From: Octopus sinensis
Lineage: Eukaryota
NCBI RefSeq assembly: GCF_006345805.1
Contig: NC_043022.1
Span: 18,414,001 to 18,478,000, forward strand
Direction of reading: 5' to 3'
DNA length: 64,000 bases
Shown here: in pieces, positions 1 through 13,455 of the stretch
How the letters are laid out: every line of letters begins with the position of its first letter
Position numbering within the stretch: the stretch's first letter is position 1
The notes under the pieces: model-generated
What the model saw: only the letters and a program-made list of their open reading frames with translations
Told to the model about the DNA's origin: nothing
Database searches by the model: none
Made by a program: the position numbers and the translations under genes

Positions 1-320
1 CTGTGACCATCCCGTCTTTTATTCAGGCATAGTGAATCTTGGACTACATTATCTAATGTGTCCTTCCTTGTTGTTTAGCCCCAGGTCAGTCCTGATCCAT
101 CAGATCTATGATCAAAGATGTTCCAGCTGTGACCATCCCGTCTTTTATTCAGGCATAGTGTATCTAGGACTACATTATCTAATGTGTCCTTCCTTGTTGC
201 TTAACCACCAGGTCGGTCCTGATCCATTGCATCTTTGATTGAAGATGTTCCAATTGTGACCATCCCATTTTTTATTCAGGCCTAATGTATCTTGGACTAC
301 ATTATCTAATGTACCATTCC
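1..320 (+). repeat. ~127-bp satellite-like tandem repeat (truncated by window edge)
   Basis: (C/T)TGTGACCATCCC at 1, 128 and about 254. The same family occurs in reverse orientation at 62220-63190, with fragments near 25290 and 55370. Confidence 0.9.
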
Positions 321-430
321 TTATTGCTGTTTAGCCCCGGGTTGCTCCCAATCCATCATACTTACGATCAGAGTCACTCCAGCTATGACATCCCGTCTTT
401 TATCCAAACATAGTAGTGGTGGTATAGGCT

Positions 431-464
<34 letters not shown>

Positions 465-513
465 TAGTAGTGGTAGTAGCAGCAGCAGTGGTAGTAGTAG
501 TAGCAGCAGCAGC

Positions 514-551
<38 letters not shown>

Positions 552-1742
552 CAGCGGTGGTGGTGATGCTGCTACTAGGGTAATCATATGCTACTGGGGT
601 AGTGGTGGTGGTGGTGGTTGGTGGTGGTGGTGGTGGTAGTTGGGGTGGTAGTAGAGGCAGTGTTAGTGTTAGTTGTAGCAGCAACAATATCTTGAGGCTG
701 TTTTAAACTGAATTCACTCTTTTGTTACAGTTGTGTGTATATATGTGTGTATATGTCTGTTGTATACAATGTATGTATATATTTGTCTGTGTATGTCTCT
801 ATAGATGTATATGCTTATCTCTATTTCTTCTCCATATATATAAATATATATATATAATATATACATACATACACCCACGTCCATGTGCACGTGTATATAT
901 GAATCTGAATATGTGTATATATATATATATGTATATATACACACACACATACATACATAGATGTATGCCTATATGTATGTATATGAATATGAGTGTATAT
1001 TGTGTATGTATATATATTCATGCATATATACATGTGTGTGTATATATATATATATTCATATATATATATGTATTTATATGTATATATATATATGTATATA
1101 TATATGTATATCATATATATGATGATATATATGTATATATATATATATATAATACAGGTGTATATATATATATATACATGCATATATACGTGTGTGTGTG
1201 TATGTATGTAGCATGTCTATCAGTGTAAATAAACATCAGCTGACCGACCATCACCTCATCACCTCCTCCCAGAATCCCAACCCCCTCCACCTCCATCGTG
1301 GTTCCCTTCCCTGCAGCCATCTCAAGACATTCCAGGTAACTTGTTAATAAAAGACTTACTTGATTGTTTTGGCACATTGCTCACCACTTCACTACTTCCG
1401 CCTTCCCTGTGTCTCTCTCCCTCCTCACTGTCTGTCTGTAGGTCTCCCTCTTTCGTATGTGTGTGGGTGGGTGTATATATATGTATGTATGTATATTCTA
1501 TATATATGTATATATAAGTATATATTTATGTATATGTATATATGTGTATATATGTATATGTGTGTATATATGTATATGTGTATATATATTTATATGTATA
1601 TATACATGTGTATATATATATGTGTGTATATATACATACATATATGTATATGAGTATAAAATTGTGGGTTTATCAGTGATTTTGTGACTGTATATGTCTT
1701 TTTCTTGTATCAGACATTCAGCTGTGAGCATACTGATAACAC

Positions 1743-1779
<37 letters not shown>

Positions 1780-2560
1780 TGTGTACACACATTGTGAGAC
1801 GTATGTGTGTATTTAGTATATATATATATATATATATATATTAATATATATATATATAGATATATATGTATACATTGTATATGTTATGTATGTATATATA
1901 TATGTATACATTGTATATGTGTATGTATATATTATATATACATTTGTATGTGTATATATATGTGTGTGTGTGTATATACATATATATATATATATATACG
2001 CGGGGTGGCGTCATTCGAAGGCTAAAACAATGCGAACGCATTGTGACCAGCGATGTGTAACAACATCTGATGGTCTGGTCGGTCACGTGATCACGTGATA
2101 TATATATATACATTGTGTGTGTATGTATGTGTATATATATAGAGAGAGAGAGATAGAGTTTTGAAATGATTCTTTTACTTGTTTCAGTCATTTGCACTGT
2201 GCCCATGCTGGAGCAGTGCCTTCACCAGCTTCTTTAGTGCATCCTTATTCACTTGATTACTTATTTCACTTCTGTTAATGCTGTTCATAAGAGACACAAA
2301 TCAAAGCATTGATTTTAATCCAGTGTGTGTCTATACATGTGTGTGTGTGTGTAGGTGCAAGCATGGCTGTGTGGTTAAGAAGTTTGTTTCCTAACTACAT
2401 GGGTCTGGGTTCAGTCTCAATGCATGGTACCTTGGGCACGTGTCCTCTATATTCCCAGGCTAAGCAATGCCTTGTTAGTGGATTTAGTAGACAGAAACTA
2501 AATGAACCCTCACTTGTAATATATACATTTATGTGTATATATATTATTATATATAGATAC

Positions 2561-2593
<33 letters not shown>

Positions 2594-2828
2594 ACATATA
2601 ATACATATATATATATATAATACATATAATATAATCTATATATACATAAATAATATATACTCTATCTATCTATATATATAATTAGACGTGGTTGTTGGTG
2701 GTAAGAAGCTTGCTTTCCAGCCTCATGGTTCAGGTTCGGTCTCACTTCATGGTACCTTGGGCAAGTGTCTTCTACTATAGCCTCAGACTGTCCAAAGCTT
2801 TGTGAGTGGATTTGGGAGGCAGAAATTG

Positions 2829-3070
2829 GAGGCGGCAAGCTGGCAGAAACGTTAGCACGCCGGGCGAAATGCTTAGCGGTATTTCATCATGTCTTTACGT
2901 TCTGAGTTCAAATTCCGCCGAGGTCGACTTTGCCTTTCATCCTTTCGGTATCGATAAATTAAGTACCAGTTACGCAATGGGGTCGATATAATCGACTTAA
3001 TCCCTTTGTCTGTCCTTGCTTGTCCCCTCTATGTTTAGCCCCTTTTGGGCAATAAAGAAATAAGAAATAA
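2829..3070 (+). mobile_element. SINE family C (GGCGAGCTGGCAGAA...GTTCAAATTCC...CCTTTCATCCTTTCGGGG)
   Basis: Pol III-like head and conserved central domain. Many copies, e.g. 3158-3360, 41585-41940, 48660-48880, 50240-50700, 53100-53660, 56170-56390, 57315-57810 and 62421-62660(-). Confidence 0.8.
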
Positions 3071-3859
3071 GAAACTTGCCCAAGGTGCCACACAGTGGGA
3101 TTGAACCTGGATCCATATGGTTGGGAAAGCTTCTTACCGCACAGCCAATCTTGTGCAGCGAGCTGGCAGAATCGTTAGCACACCGGGAAAAATGCTTAGC
3201 AGTATTTTGTCTGCTGCTATGTTCCGACCTCAAATTACGCCGAGGTTGACTTTGCCTTTCATCCTTTCAAGGTTGATTAAATAAGTACCAGTTATGCACT
3301 GTAGTTGATGTAATCGACTTAATCCCTTTGTTTGTCCCCATGTGGGCAATAAAGAAATAAATATATACATATAATATATACATATATACATATGATACAC
3401 ACACACACACATATATACGACGGGCTCCTTTCAGTTTCCATCTACCAAATCCACTCACAAGGCTTTGGTCGGCCCGAGGCTATAGTAGAAGACACTTGCC
3501 CAAGTTGCCATGCAGTGGGACTGAACCTGCGACCATGCGGTTTGGAAAGCAAGCTTCTTTCCACTTGGTCACGCCTGTGCCCATTAATTTTTTTTTCCTT
3601 TTTCCCCAGTGTTCTTTTTACTTTTCTTGTTTTCTTTTGCCTTGTTTTAACTCGTTTTACGAAGAAGCAAAACTGGATGACGTCTTCTTGTCTGGGAACA
3701 ATAATCTGGTTGAAATTCTGAATTTCTGTGAATTTCTCGTTTTCCATTTTGAACCTGCAGACTAACAGACAGACATGCTGTTGAAATATTTTTTTCAACT
3801 CAGTAAACAAAATCAATCTTTATTTTATTACATATTGCATCACACTCTTCTTATTGTGT

Positions 3860-4339
3860 AATAATAATAATGATAATGATAATAATAATAATAGTCATAA
3901 TAAAATAATATAGTTAATAATATAATAATAATAGTAAATATATAATAATAATATATAATAATAATAATGATAATAATAATAATAGTAATAATAATAATGA
4001 TGATGATAATAATAATAGTATAAATAATAATAATAATAATATAATAACAATAATAATAGTGATAATAATAATAATAATGATAGTAATAATAATAGTAATA
4101 ATAATAATAATAATGATAATAATAATAATAGTCATAATAATATAATAATAGTAATAATAATAATAATATAGTAATAATAATAATAATAATGATAATAATA
4201 AAATAGTCATAATAATAATAATAATAGTAATAATAATAATAATAATAGTACTAGATAATAATAATAATAATAATGATAATAATATATAATGATAATCAAT
4301 ATAGTAATTAATAATAATGATGATGATAATAATAATAGT

Positions 4340-4374
<35 letters not shown>

Positions 4375-4455
4375 TAATAATAGTGATAATAATAATAATA
4401 ATGATAGTAATAATAATAGTAATAATAATAATAATAATGATAATAATAATAGTAA
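3860..4455. repeat. (AAT)n degenerate microsatellite
   Basis: About 600 bp of AAT/GAT/AGT triplets. Confidence 0.95.
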
Positions 4456-5371
4456 TAAATTTCCTGTCAAGGACGACATATGAGCATTCAGCTTTTGTCG
4501 AACAACCTGTACAAATGGTTTGTTTATAGAGATCAAATGTACGTGCTGCACATAAGCTCATTCACTCCATCAAATCAATGTTGCCTGATTATTAAATTAA
4601 CCCCTAAATGGGCTGCAGCAAATATTCTGCTGAAAAGCCCACAAGTTTGTTTGTCAGTTGTTTGACCTTAACCAGTTGAGCATGTCCCTTATTGGCCGAT
4701 GATATGTGCATCTCTGATTCTCTGATGATGAGCAGGAGTAGTGGGGGAGCATCGTAGCCATGTGTTGAGAGGGATTCTTTGGGGTTTGAATAATCCATCC
4801 CTGGAAATATGAGTGTTTCTTTCATCATCTTTGATCCTTATTCAGGGACCTTTTGAGCAGGATGGGCTACTTGATCTGAAGAAGATTCTAACTGGGCCCT
4901 ACTTGCGAGGCTATGCACTGTTTATCTTGATATGAGATCACCATGTTGTGCATGTGATGCATGTGCCTGGTGTACCCTTATCAGACAAGCAACCATGCAA
5001 GTATATTGGGCTTCATATATTTGTATCCCAGTGTCTCTTTGATAGCAGGAACTGCTCTCCCACTCAGTAATAATAATAATAATGATAATAATCATCATCA
5101 TCATCATTTAACGTCCGCTTTCCATGCTAGCATGGGTTGGACGGTTCAACTGGGGTCTGGGGAGCCGAAGCTGCACCAGTCCAGTCAGATCTGGCAGTGT
5201 TTCTACAGCTGGATGCCCTTCCTAACGCCAACCACTCCGAGATTGTAGTGGGTGATTTTATGTGCCACCGACACAGGTGCCAGACGAGGCTGGCAGACGG
5301 CCACTCCGATGGTGGTTTTTTATGTGCCCACCGACACAGGTGCCAGACGAGGCTGGCAGACGGCCGCTGGC

Positions 5372-5402
<31 letters not shown>

Positions 5403-5658
5403 TAATGATGATGATCATAACAATAGGGACATTTTGAGTGTGATGGGCTATTCAACCTGAAGAAGATTCTAACTGGGCCCTACTTGTGAGGCCATTGCTG
5501 TTTATCTTGATATGAGATCACCATGTTGTACACATATGGTGGTGATGCACGTGCCCGGTATACCCTTATCCGATGGGTAGTCATGATGGGTATACTGTAT
5601 TTGTACTTTGTCACTCTGATGGCTGATCATAACGATGTGTCTTTCTCTTATTTTGCAG

Positions 5659-5737
5659 GTGTGTGTGAAAATTGTCTTGCTAAAAATATGTATTCAGATG
5701 TAAAGGACAGATTACAAGCATGTAAACCATTAAAAAA
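5659..5737 (+). CDS. TNFR-like death receptor, exon A (first exon seen): Cys-rich domain, (G)VCENCLAKNMYSDVKDRLQACKPLK
   Basis: Acceptor ttattttgcAG ends at 5658 and donor aa|GTAAGT starts at 5738. The C-x2-C...YSD...C-x-P pattern fits a TNFR cysteine-rich repeat. The phase 2 end matches the phase 2 start of exon B. Confidence 0.8.
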
Positions 5738-7390
5738 GTAAGTATATTCTTGTAGTACGTCTTCCTTGGTTCTGTTGTTTCTCCTGTTAAGAAGAGCATC
5801 CAGCCACGGAAACTGCCCAAAACTGAGTGCTGCCCTTTGTCTCATCAGATCCTTTCAACCTATCCAATGCATGCCTGTATGGAAAGCAGACTGAAAATGA
5901 TGATGGTGGTGGCAGTGGAGGTGATGGTACCGATGTTGGTGATGATGTTGGTGATGGTGATGATGGTGGTGGTGGTGGTGGTGGTGGTGGTGGTGATGGT
6001 GATGGTGATGATGGTGGTGGTGATGGTGATGATGTTGGTGATGGTAATGATGTTGGTGATGGTGGTGGTGGTGGTGATGGTAATGATGTTGGTGATGGTG
6101 ATGATGTTGGTGGTGGTGGTGGTTTTGAAGATGATGATGATGATAAAAATGCAGATGGAATGGAAAGCCTGAATGAAACACTGAAAATCAAGACCAAATA
6201 GACATGTGCCTACAACCTCTCCCTGCCTTTCAGCACCACCATCACACCTCCACCACACAACCATCTGGAAACCTTTTCCATATTTTAAACATAGAAATAT
6301 TCAGAAAATACACATACACATTCATACACAAACATATACATACACAAAACACAAATAAAAATAAAAGTATGCAAGCAAAACAACCAAAAAAAAGAGGGGA
6401 ACAAAATACCCTTTTTTATTGATTTTATTTGATTAGAATAAATCTTGCTGGGAGTTCTCCTCCCCTCACATAACTCCCCCCCCTCCGCCGCAACCCCCAC
6501 CCCCTCCCCACAACCCTTTCCTACCTCTTCCCAGCATTTACCTTTCTCAGTTTGAATAACATTTACGCTCACCATCGTCAATACCACCACCACCACCATC
6601 AACACCACCATCATAGCTATCTCCACCGCTACCACTGGCTCCCTCCATGTCCATCCAACTTACCTCCCCCCCACCTTTCTGGTCCCTTCCACCTGACCCC
6701 CCCCACCACCCCGCCCTTGAAATTTTTTTCGTTTTATTTGATTGTTATTCATTTTATTCTTTGTTTTGTTTTCGCCCTGAAGGCAATGTGTCCCCCTGTC
6801 CCTATCCCCTGTTTCACACTCCCACTAACCTCTTATACTTTTGCTGCATTTTACTAAATAAACACTGTAGATGATAGTGATGATGATGCTGGTGATGGCG
6901 ATATTTATGATGATGATGATGATGATGATGGCAGTTATGGTGGTGGTGATGATGATGATGGTTTATGACCCTGAAGAAAAGGAAGAGATTTTTGTTGATG
7001 TTTTTAATCACAACATATGTATGTTATGCTTGTGTGTATGGTAAGAAGATTGCTTCTCGACCACATGGTTCTGGGTTCAGTCCCACTGCTTGGCACTTCA
7101 GGCTCATGTCTTGTACAGTGTACTTAAGCTGAGCGAAGCCTTGTACATGAGTCTGTTTGATGGAAATTGAAAGAAACCTGCCATATATACATACTTATGT
7201 ATATATATATATAAAATACAAAATGGGACAAGAACGCAAAACATCCAGACAGTTAGGTGATACAAAAAAGGGATAACAAAACATTCAGATAGACGATACA
7301 AAGAAAACAAGGACAGGTCATTCAAAGTTTTCTTTCCTCAGTCAAGCACCAGATTATCCTTGCAATTTTGGCTGATTATACTTGAGATTG

Positions 7391-7432
<42 letters not shown>

Positions 7433-8573
7433 TTACTTCATTATTAAAGCATATTACTCTACCTCTGGTAGGTATTCGAGTACCATTTTTCCCCCCACCT
7501 TGTTTTACATTTACGTGCTTAATTGGATATATATATATATATTTATATCATCATCATCATCGTCATCATTTAACATCTGTTTCCCATGTTGCGATGGGTT
7601 GGACAGTTTGGGTACAGCTGGATGCCATTCCTAATGCCAGCCACTTTACAGTGTGTACTGAGTGCATCTTAAGTGGCACTGGTACAGGTGCTTTTTATGT
7701 GGCACCAGCACCAATAGGGTTGCCAAGTAACTTACTTGCAAGACAAAACATTTCTTCAGGTGGTGGCAGGTGGCATTAACCAAAGTGACTTAGGATATCA
7801 GTTCTGTTGTGGTGGGTGGATCATCTTCAGTACAGCTAGGTGCCAGGTAGTATCTCAGTTCTTTGTCATCTCTGTCATAAGGCTCCATGTTTTGAGATCA
7901 GCTTTCATCACTTTATCCCATGTCTTCCTGGGTCTACCTCTTCCATGAGCTCTTTCCACATGTGTCTGTGTTTATATAACTGTATGGGTGTGTCTTCGTG
8001 TTTGTCTCCCAACACTGCTTCACGATCAGTGTTAGTTTGTTTATATTCGCATAACTTAGCAGTTTGGCAAAGGAGACCAATAGAATAAGTTCCAGGTTTT
8101 AATATCTAAGAACTGGGTTGATTCATTTCACTCAAACCCTTCAAGGCAGAGCCCCAGAATGATCACAGTCTAATAACTCGAGCCTGTAAAAGACAAAAGA
8201 TATACATATGTGTGTGTATATATGCATGCATACACACACACACACACATGCATATACACTAGCACACACTCACACACATGCATATACACTGGCACACACA
8301 CACAGAACTTGCAATGTGGGACAGGATGGAATTGTAAACCAATATTTGGCACTGAATTAACAAAATTTCAAACTGTTTTCTCTATTTGTTTTGATGTGGG
8401 TTGCATTTTATTTTATTTTACCTCGTTTGTTTTCTTTCTAATTTACCTTTGTGTCCTACAGTTCTGGGTTTCAAATCCTGCCAAAGTCAACGTGACCTTT
8501 CACCCCTTTTTGTAAAACGGTGTCGCTACCACCATCACCTTTGGCACCAGTTTATAGAAAATATCTAGTTGTG

Positions 8574-8612
<39 letters not shown>

Positions 8613-9108
8613 GTGCATGTGTTTTTGTATGCATATATAAATCAATCTCTGTGTCCTGCAGGTTTGTGTTCAAACCTTGCCAAAGTCAACTTATTCTGTA
8701 TCATCATCACCATTGGCATCAAACTGAAATTGTATATATATAACATGTGTGTGCATGTATATATACATGCACACACACACACACAGACACACATGTATAT
8801 ATTTTCTATTTCAGTTTTGTATTTGGTTTGTAAAATTCCTAATGGGAGTTGGTGTGTTAAAAGAAATCTCACATCTTGGGAGGGTCATAACACCAATAAT
8901 AATAAATACACAAATGCATTGGTTCAATTTCACTCCTTACTGTCAACTAATCAATCATTTCTTTTGTCTCTTGGTTATTCATACACACCCACACACAGAT
9001 ATATATATATATATATATATTAATATATATATATATATATATATACCAGTTCCAATCAAGTTGTCTAATCTATGTCAGCATGGAAAGCAGACATTAAATG
9101 ATGATTTG

Positions 9109-9146
<38 letters not shown>

Positions 9147-10235
9147 CATTGGAGCGGCTGTGTGGTAAGTAGCTTGCTTACCAACCACATGGTTCCGGGT
9201 TCAGTCCCACTGTGCGGCACCTTGGGAAAGTGTCTTCTACTATTGCCTTGGGCCGACCAAAGCCTTGTGTGTGGATTTGGTTGATGGAAACTGAAAGAAA
9301 CCCGTCGTATATATGTATAAATATGTGTGTGTTGTGTTTGTCCCCCCAACATCGCTTGATAACCAATGCTGGTGTGTTTACATTCCCGTAAAAGAGACCA
9401 ATAAAATAAATACTAGGCTTACAAAGAATAAGTCCTGGGAGCGATTTGCTTGACTAAAGGTGGTTCTCCAGCATGGCCACAGTCAAATGACTGAAACAAG
9501 TAAAAGAGTAATAAATGAACATTCCAGAGAAAATCCTATCATTCCCTCCATCTAATGAGGAATTCTCTTGCATTTAATTCTAGTTTGGTAAGCACCATGC
9601 ATGAAACCATTTTTGATCCTTGGTTAACTTTTGTAACTTTCTGCTACCAGAACCATGGGGTTCATATGCAAAACATTCTATATCTTTTGTTTCCATTCAA
9701 GCTCTCTCTCTCTCTTTACTCTTTTACTTGTTTCAGTCATTTTGACTGCGGCCATGCTGGAGCACCGCCTTTAGTCGAGCAAATCGACCCCAGGACTTAT
9801 TCTTTGTAAGCCCAGTACTTATTCTATCGGTCTCTTTTGCCGAACCGCTAAGTAACGGGGACATAAACACACCAGCATCGCTTGTCAAGCAATGCTAGGG
9901 GGACAAACACAGACACACAAACATACACATATATATATATATATACATATATACGACAGGCTTCTTTCAGTTTCCGTCTACCAAATCCACTCACAAGGCA
10001 TTTGTCGGCCCGGGGCTATAGCAGAAGACACTTGCCCAAGATGTCACGCAGTGGGATTGAACCCTGAGCCATGTGGTTGGTTAGCAAGCTACTTACCACA
10101 CAGCCACTCCTGCGGATACACCTTTTTATTTTTGTGGGTTGGCCACTTCACGAACTTCGTGAATATTTTCACAACTTATTTCATATGTATGTATATATAC
10201 ACATATATCAATACCTATATACACTTGTTTTGCAG

Positions 10236-10312
10236 TTGTGAAAAGGTATCTCGATGTACATTGAAGAAGAGTAACGGGACATTTGACAATGTCTGTGGAC
10301 CTGTGATGGATG
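10236..10312 (+). CDS. TNFR-like death receptor, exon B: (N)CEKVSRCTLKKSNGTFDNVCGPVMD
   Basis: Acceptor cttgttttgcAG ends at 10235 and donor g|GTAAGT starts at 10313. Completes the TNFR-type C-x-P-x3-C...G-T-x-D-x-V-C module with phases 2 to 1. Confidence 0.85.
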
Positions 10313-10341
10313 GTAAGTTATTTTTTTTTTACCATTTTTAA

Positions 10342-10812
10342 CCCTTTCGTTACCCTATTTATTTTGAGATGCTCTGTGTTTCTTTCAATTACTTTAAATA
10401 TTACAAAGAATTTAGTAAAGTAACTTAGTTATCATTCAGCTAGTGTTAAGAACATAAATTATGACTAAGGTTTTGTGGAAGATTTTAATTCAAAACTTAT
10501 GAGAACAAGACATTTGTACTCAGAACCAGAGGCAGTTTCAATTGGGATGGTATCAAAATGGTTAAGAATTGTTTCTCTATTATATATTTTAACCCTTTCA
10601 TTACTGCATTTATTTTGAGATGCTCTGTGTTTCTTTCAATTACTTTAAATATTACAAAGAATTTAGTAAAATAACTTAGTTATCATTCAGCTAGTGTTAG
10701 GAACATAATTGTGACTAAGGTTTGGTGGAAGATTTTTATTCAGAATTCTTGAAGACAAAACATTTGTATTACAGAGCCAGAGCTGGTTTCAGCCAGGTTG
10801 GTAACGAAAGGG
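10342..10812. mobile_element. Tandem pair of TTAA-flanked MITEs (related array at 33496-34450)
   Basis: Two units of about 220 bp start TTAA|CCCTTTC(G/A)TTAC; the second ends GTAACGAAAGGG and the first has a decayed terminus. Confidence 0.75.
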
Positions 10813-11522
10813 TTACAGCTATTGTTTTCTTGGACCCTCATTTCAAGCTAAAACAAACTCCATACAGTAAAAATCACACCCATGTTTACTGACATAAAGA
10901 CACAGCTGCAGCCCCAGTAACCCTCCCTAGCTTCCTAAGGCCCCATGTTAAGATGCCCTCCACCTAAGAATAATATGTTGAGCAGGAACCCTCAGCCCAC
11001 CTGCCCTGCATCCTGTGTCTCAGTAACTACCGCACCCACTACCACCTGACCTGGCCACAACTGCCTTCACTACAGCAACAACAACTGTCACTGTCAGTGC
11101 TATAACTACCACACCCACCACCACCATCACTATTATTGACACTACCAGCAGCGCTACAATCACCAACACTACCACCACCCCCACCACCTCTATTATAACT
11201 TCAGAAACCATCACCACTACAGTCATTACAGCCACAACAACTACAACTTATACCACAACCTATACCATTTCCACCACTACCATTACAATCATTACAGCCA
11301 CAACCATTACAATTTATACTACAGCCTATACCATTACCACCACCACCTCTACTATAACTTCAGCAACCACCACCACTACAATCACTGCAGCCATAACCAC
11401 TACAACATATACTACAACCAAGACCACCATCACCTACCAATACTATAATTGTTAGAACCATCCCACCACCATGTGTACCACTTATATGTCAATCATTTTT
11501 TTCCCCACCGTCGTTTTTTCAG

Positions 11523-11774
11523 ATATTGTCAACTGTGACAACTTGACAACAGAGAAGCCGAAAGTGGAAGAATCTAGTAATACGGCAATCATCGTTGGCT
11601 GTGTGAGTGTCTTATTGTTTGTCGGGGTGATAGTTGCATTGTGTTATTACTTTTGCTTCCATCGACCGAGGTCACGCAGTCACAAGAAGCGGGCACCCAC
11701 CCAGGAGGAGCTCGACGCCGTCGTCTCTCAGGTGATAGAGAACGCGAAAAAAGATGAAAAATATTGCAAACAAG
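11523..11774 (+). CDS. TNFR-like death receptor, exon C: stalk, transmembrane helix (AIIVGCVSVLLFVGVIVALCYYFCF), basic stop-transfer segment, PTQE motif
   Basis: Acceptor gttttttcAG at 11521-11522 and donor g|GTAAGC at 11775. A hydrophobic run of about 24 aa is followed by HRPRSRSHKKR; phases 1 to 1. Confidence 0.9.
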
Positions 11775-12017
11775 GTAAGCAGTCGTTTGGTTATATCTGT
11801 TAGTCCGTTTGTTGGCAGGGTGGGAAGAGGTTGCGATTAGTGGGTGGAAGCATTCTTTTCTGTTTCCGCCTCACATACACACAGCTATTTTTGAAGTAAA
11901 CTACATTTGCGGACAAACCCTAAATGAAGGTACATAGCTGGAAAAAGAACTCAGATGGTCGGGCCTCCAACCAGGCCTTTCATGATCCCTTTACAGCCAG
12001 GAATGTTTTGGCAACCC

Positions 12018-12057
<40 letters not shown>

Positions 12058-12796
12058 GGTATATAGGTGCAAGTGTGGCTATGTGGTAAGTAGCTTGCTT
12101 ACCAACCACAAGGTTCCAGGTTCAGTCCCACTGCATGGCACCTTGGGCAAGTGTCTTCTACTACAGCTTTGGGCAGACCAAAGCCTTGTGAGTGGATTTG
12201 GTAGACGGAAACTGAAAGAAGCCCAACATATATATACACATATATATATATATATGGCACGTAAAAAGCACCCACTACACACGGAGCGGTTGGCATTAGG
12301 AAGGGCATCCAGCTGTAGAAACACTGCCAGATCAGACTGGGTCTGGCGCAGCCTTCTGGCTTCCCAGACCCCAGTTGAACCGTCCAACCCATGCTAGCAT
12401 GGAAAACGGACGTTAAACGATGATGATGATGATGATGATGATATATATATGTGTGTGTGTATCTGTGTTTGTCCCCCCAACATCGCTTGACAACCGATGC
12501 TGGTGTGTTTACGTCCCTGTAACATAGCAGTTCAGCAAAGAGACCAAAAGAATAAGTACTAGGCTTACAAAGAATAAGTTATGGCATCAATTTGTTCGAC
12601 TAAAGGCGGCGCTCCAGCATGGCTGCAGTCAAATATATAATGACTGAAATAAATTAAAGAAAAAAAGAATAAAAGAATGCATGTACATGTATAATATTAT
12701 GCATATGTGTTCTAAATATATTATGTTACATATAGACATGATAGATCGTTAGCTCCTACATGCATTTTTTTCTCTCCTTGTTTTTTTTCTGTGTAT

Positions 12797-12832
12797 CTTT
12801 CTGTCAAAGAGCGTAGGCTCGAAACGTAAAAG
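12797..12832 (+). ncRNA. Decayed minimal hammerhead motif
   Basis: CTTT CTGTCAA A GAGC-GTAG-GCTC GAAAC GTA AAAG. All stems pair, but the core reads CUGUCAA instead of CUGANGA. Confidence 0.5.
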
Positions 12833-12988
12833 CCTTTTTCTATTTCTATTCCTGAGCGCCATACTAATACATATGTTTGTTTGTACTCAACCTGCCTTCG
12901 TCTTTTGTTTATTTTCATAAACCTTCCCGTTATATGCCCATATATATATAGATTCATCACTGTTTCCTTGTTTTCTCTGTCTTTTCAG

Positions 12989-13114
12989 CCTTAAATACAT
13001 CTTGTACAATTATCGAGAACAATATAGGTCGACAGATCTGGAGTTTACCACAAGAATTGTTCCGTAAGCACTTCCAAGCTGGGAAATATGAAGTTATAGT
13101 GGAAAAATATAAAG
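12989..13114 (+). CDS. TNFR-like death receptor, exon D: N-terminal half of death domain, (A)LNTSCTIIENNIGRQIWSLPQELFRKHFQAGKYEVIVEKYK
   Basis: Acceptor ttttctctgtcttttcAG ends at 12988. The IG-x2-W-x2-L pattern fits death-domain helix 2. Donor g|GTACAG at 13115 (an in-frame alternative donor lies at 13064); the frame closes with TAA shortly after. Not in the ORF track because it has no ATG. Confidence 0.75.
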
Positions 13115-13189
13115 GTACAGTCACTTAACATTTATGTTTCTTTCTTCCATATATATCTGGGGCTGCTTTCTCATTTATTATGCCAGGCT

Positions 13190-13455
13190 CGTCTGGCCCC
13201 CGTGCCAGTGGCACGTAAAATGCACCATCCGATCGTGGCCGTTTGCCAGCCTCGTCTGGCACCTGTGCAGGTGGCACATAAAAAGCACCCACTACACTCT
13301 CGGAGTGGTTGGCGTTAGGAAGGGCATCCAGCCGTAGAAACATTGCTAGATAAGACTGGAGCCTGGTGCAGCCTTCTGGCTTCCCAGACCCCAGTTGAAC
13401 CGTCCAACCCATGCTAGCATGGAAAATGGATGTTAAACGATGATGATGATGATGA
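13190..13455 (+). mobile_element. SINE/LINE-tail family D (GGCGTTAGGAAGGGCATCCAGC...GGACGTTAAACGATGATG)
   Basis: Repeated at 5095-5380(-), 12255-12440, 20620-20825, 33015-33277, 41210-41380, 41950-42143 and 60360-60697; (GAT)n tail. Confidence 0.8.

Noticed and set aside
714-2206. Many YI/CV/HT-rich ORFs here and throughout the window
   Set aside because: Translations of TA/TG/CA microsatellites.
4465-4530. Possible upstream exon of the receptor between 1 and 5658
   Set aside because: No candidate combined a good acceptor, donor, phase 1 end and Cys-rich or signal-peptide content, so the 5' exons were left unassigned.
9882-10112. Recurrent ORFs such as MLGGQTQTH...CHAVGLNPEPCGW
   Set aside because: They are read through SINE family A copies, and the recurrence reflects the repeat, not a gene family.
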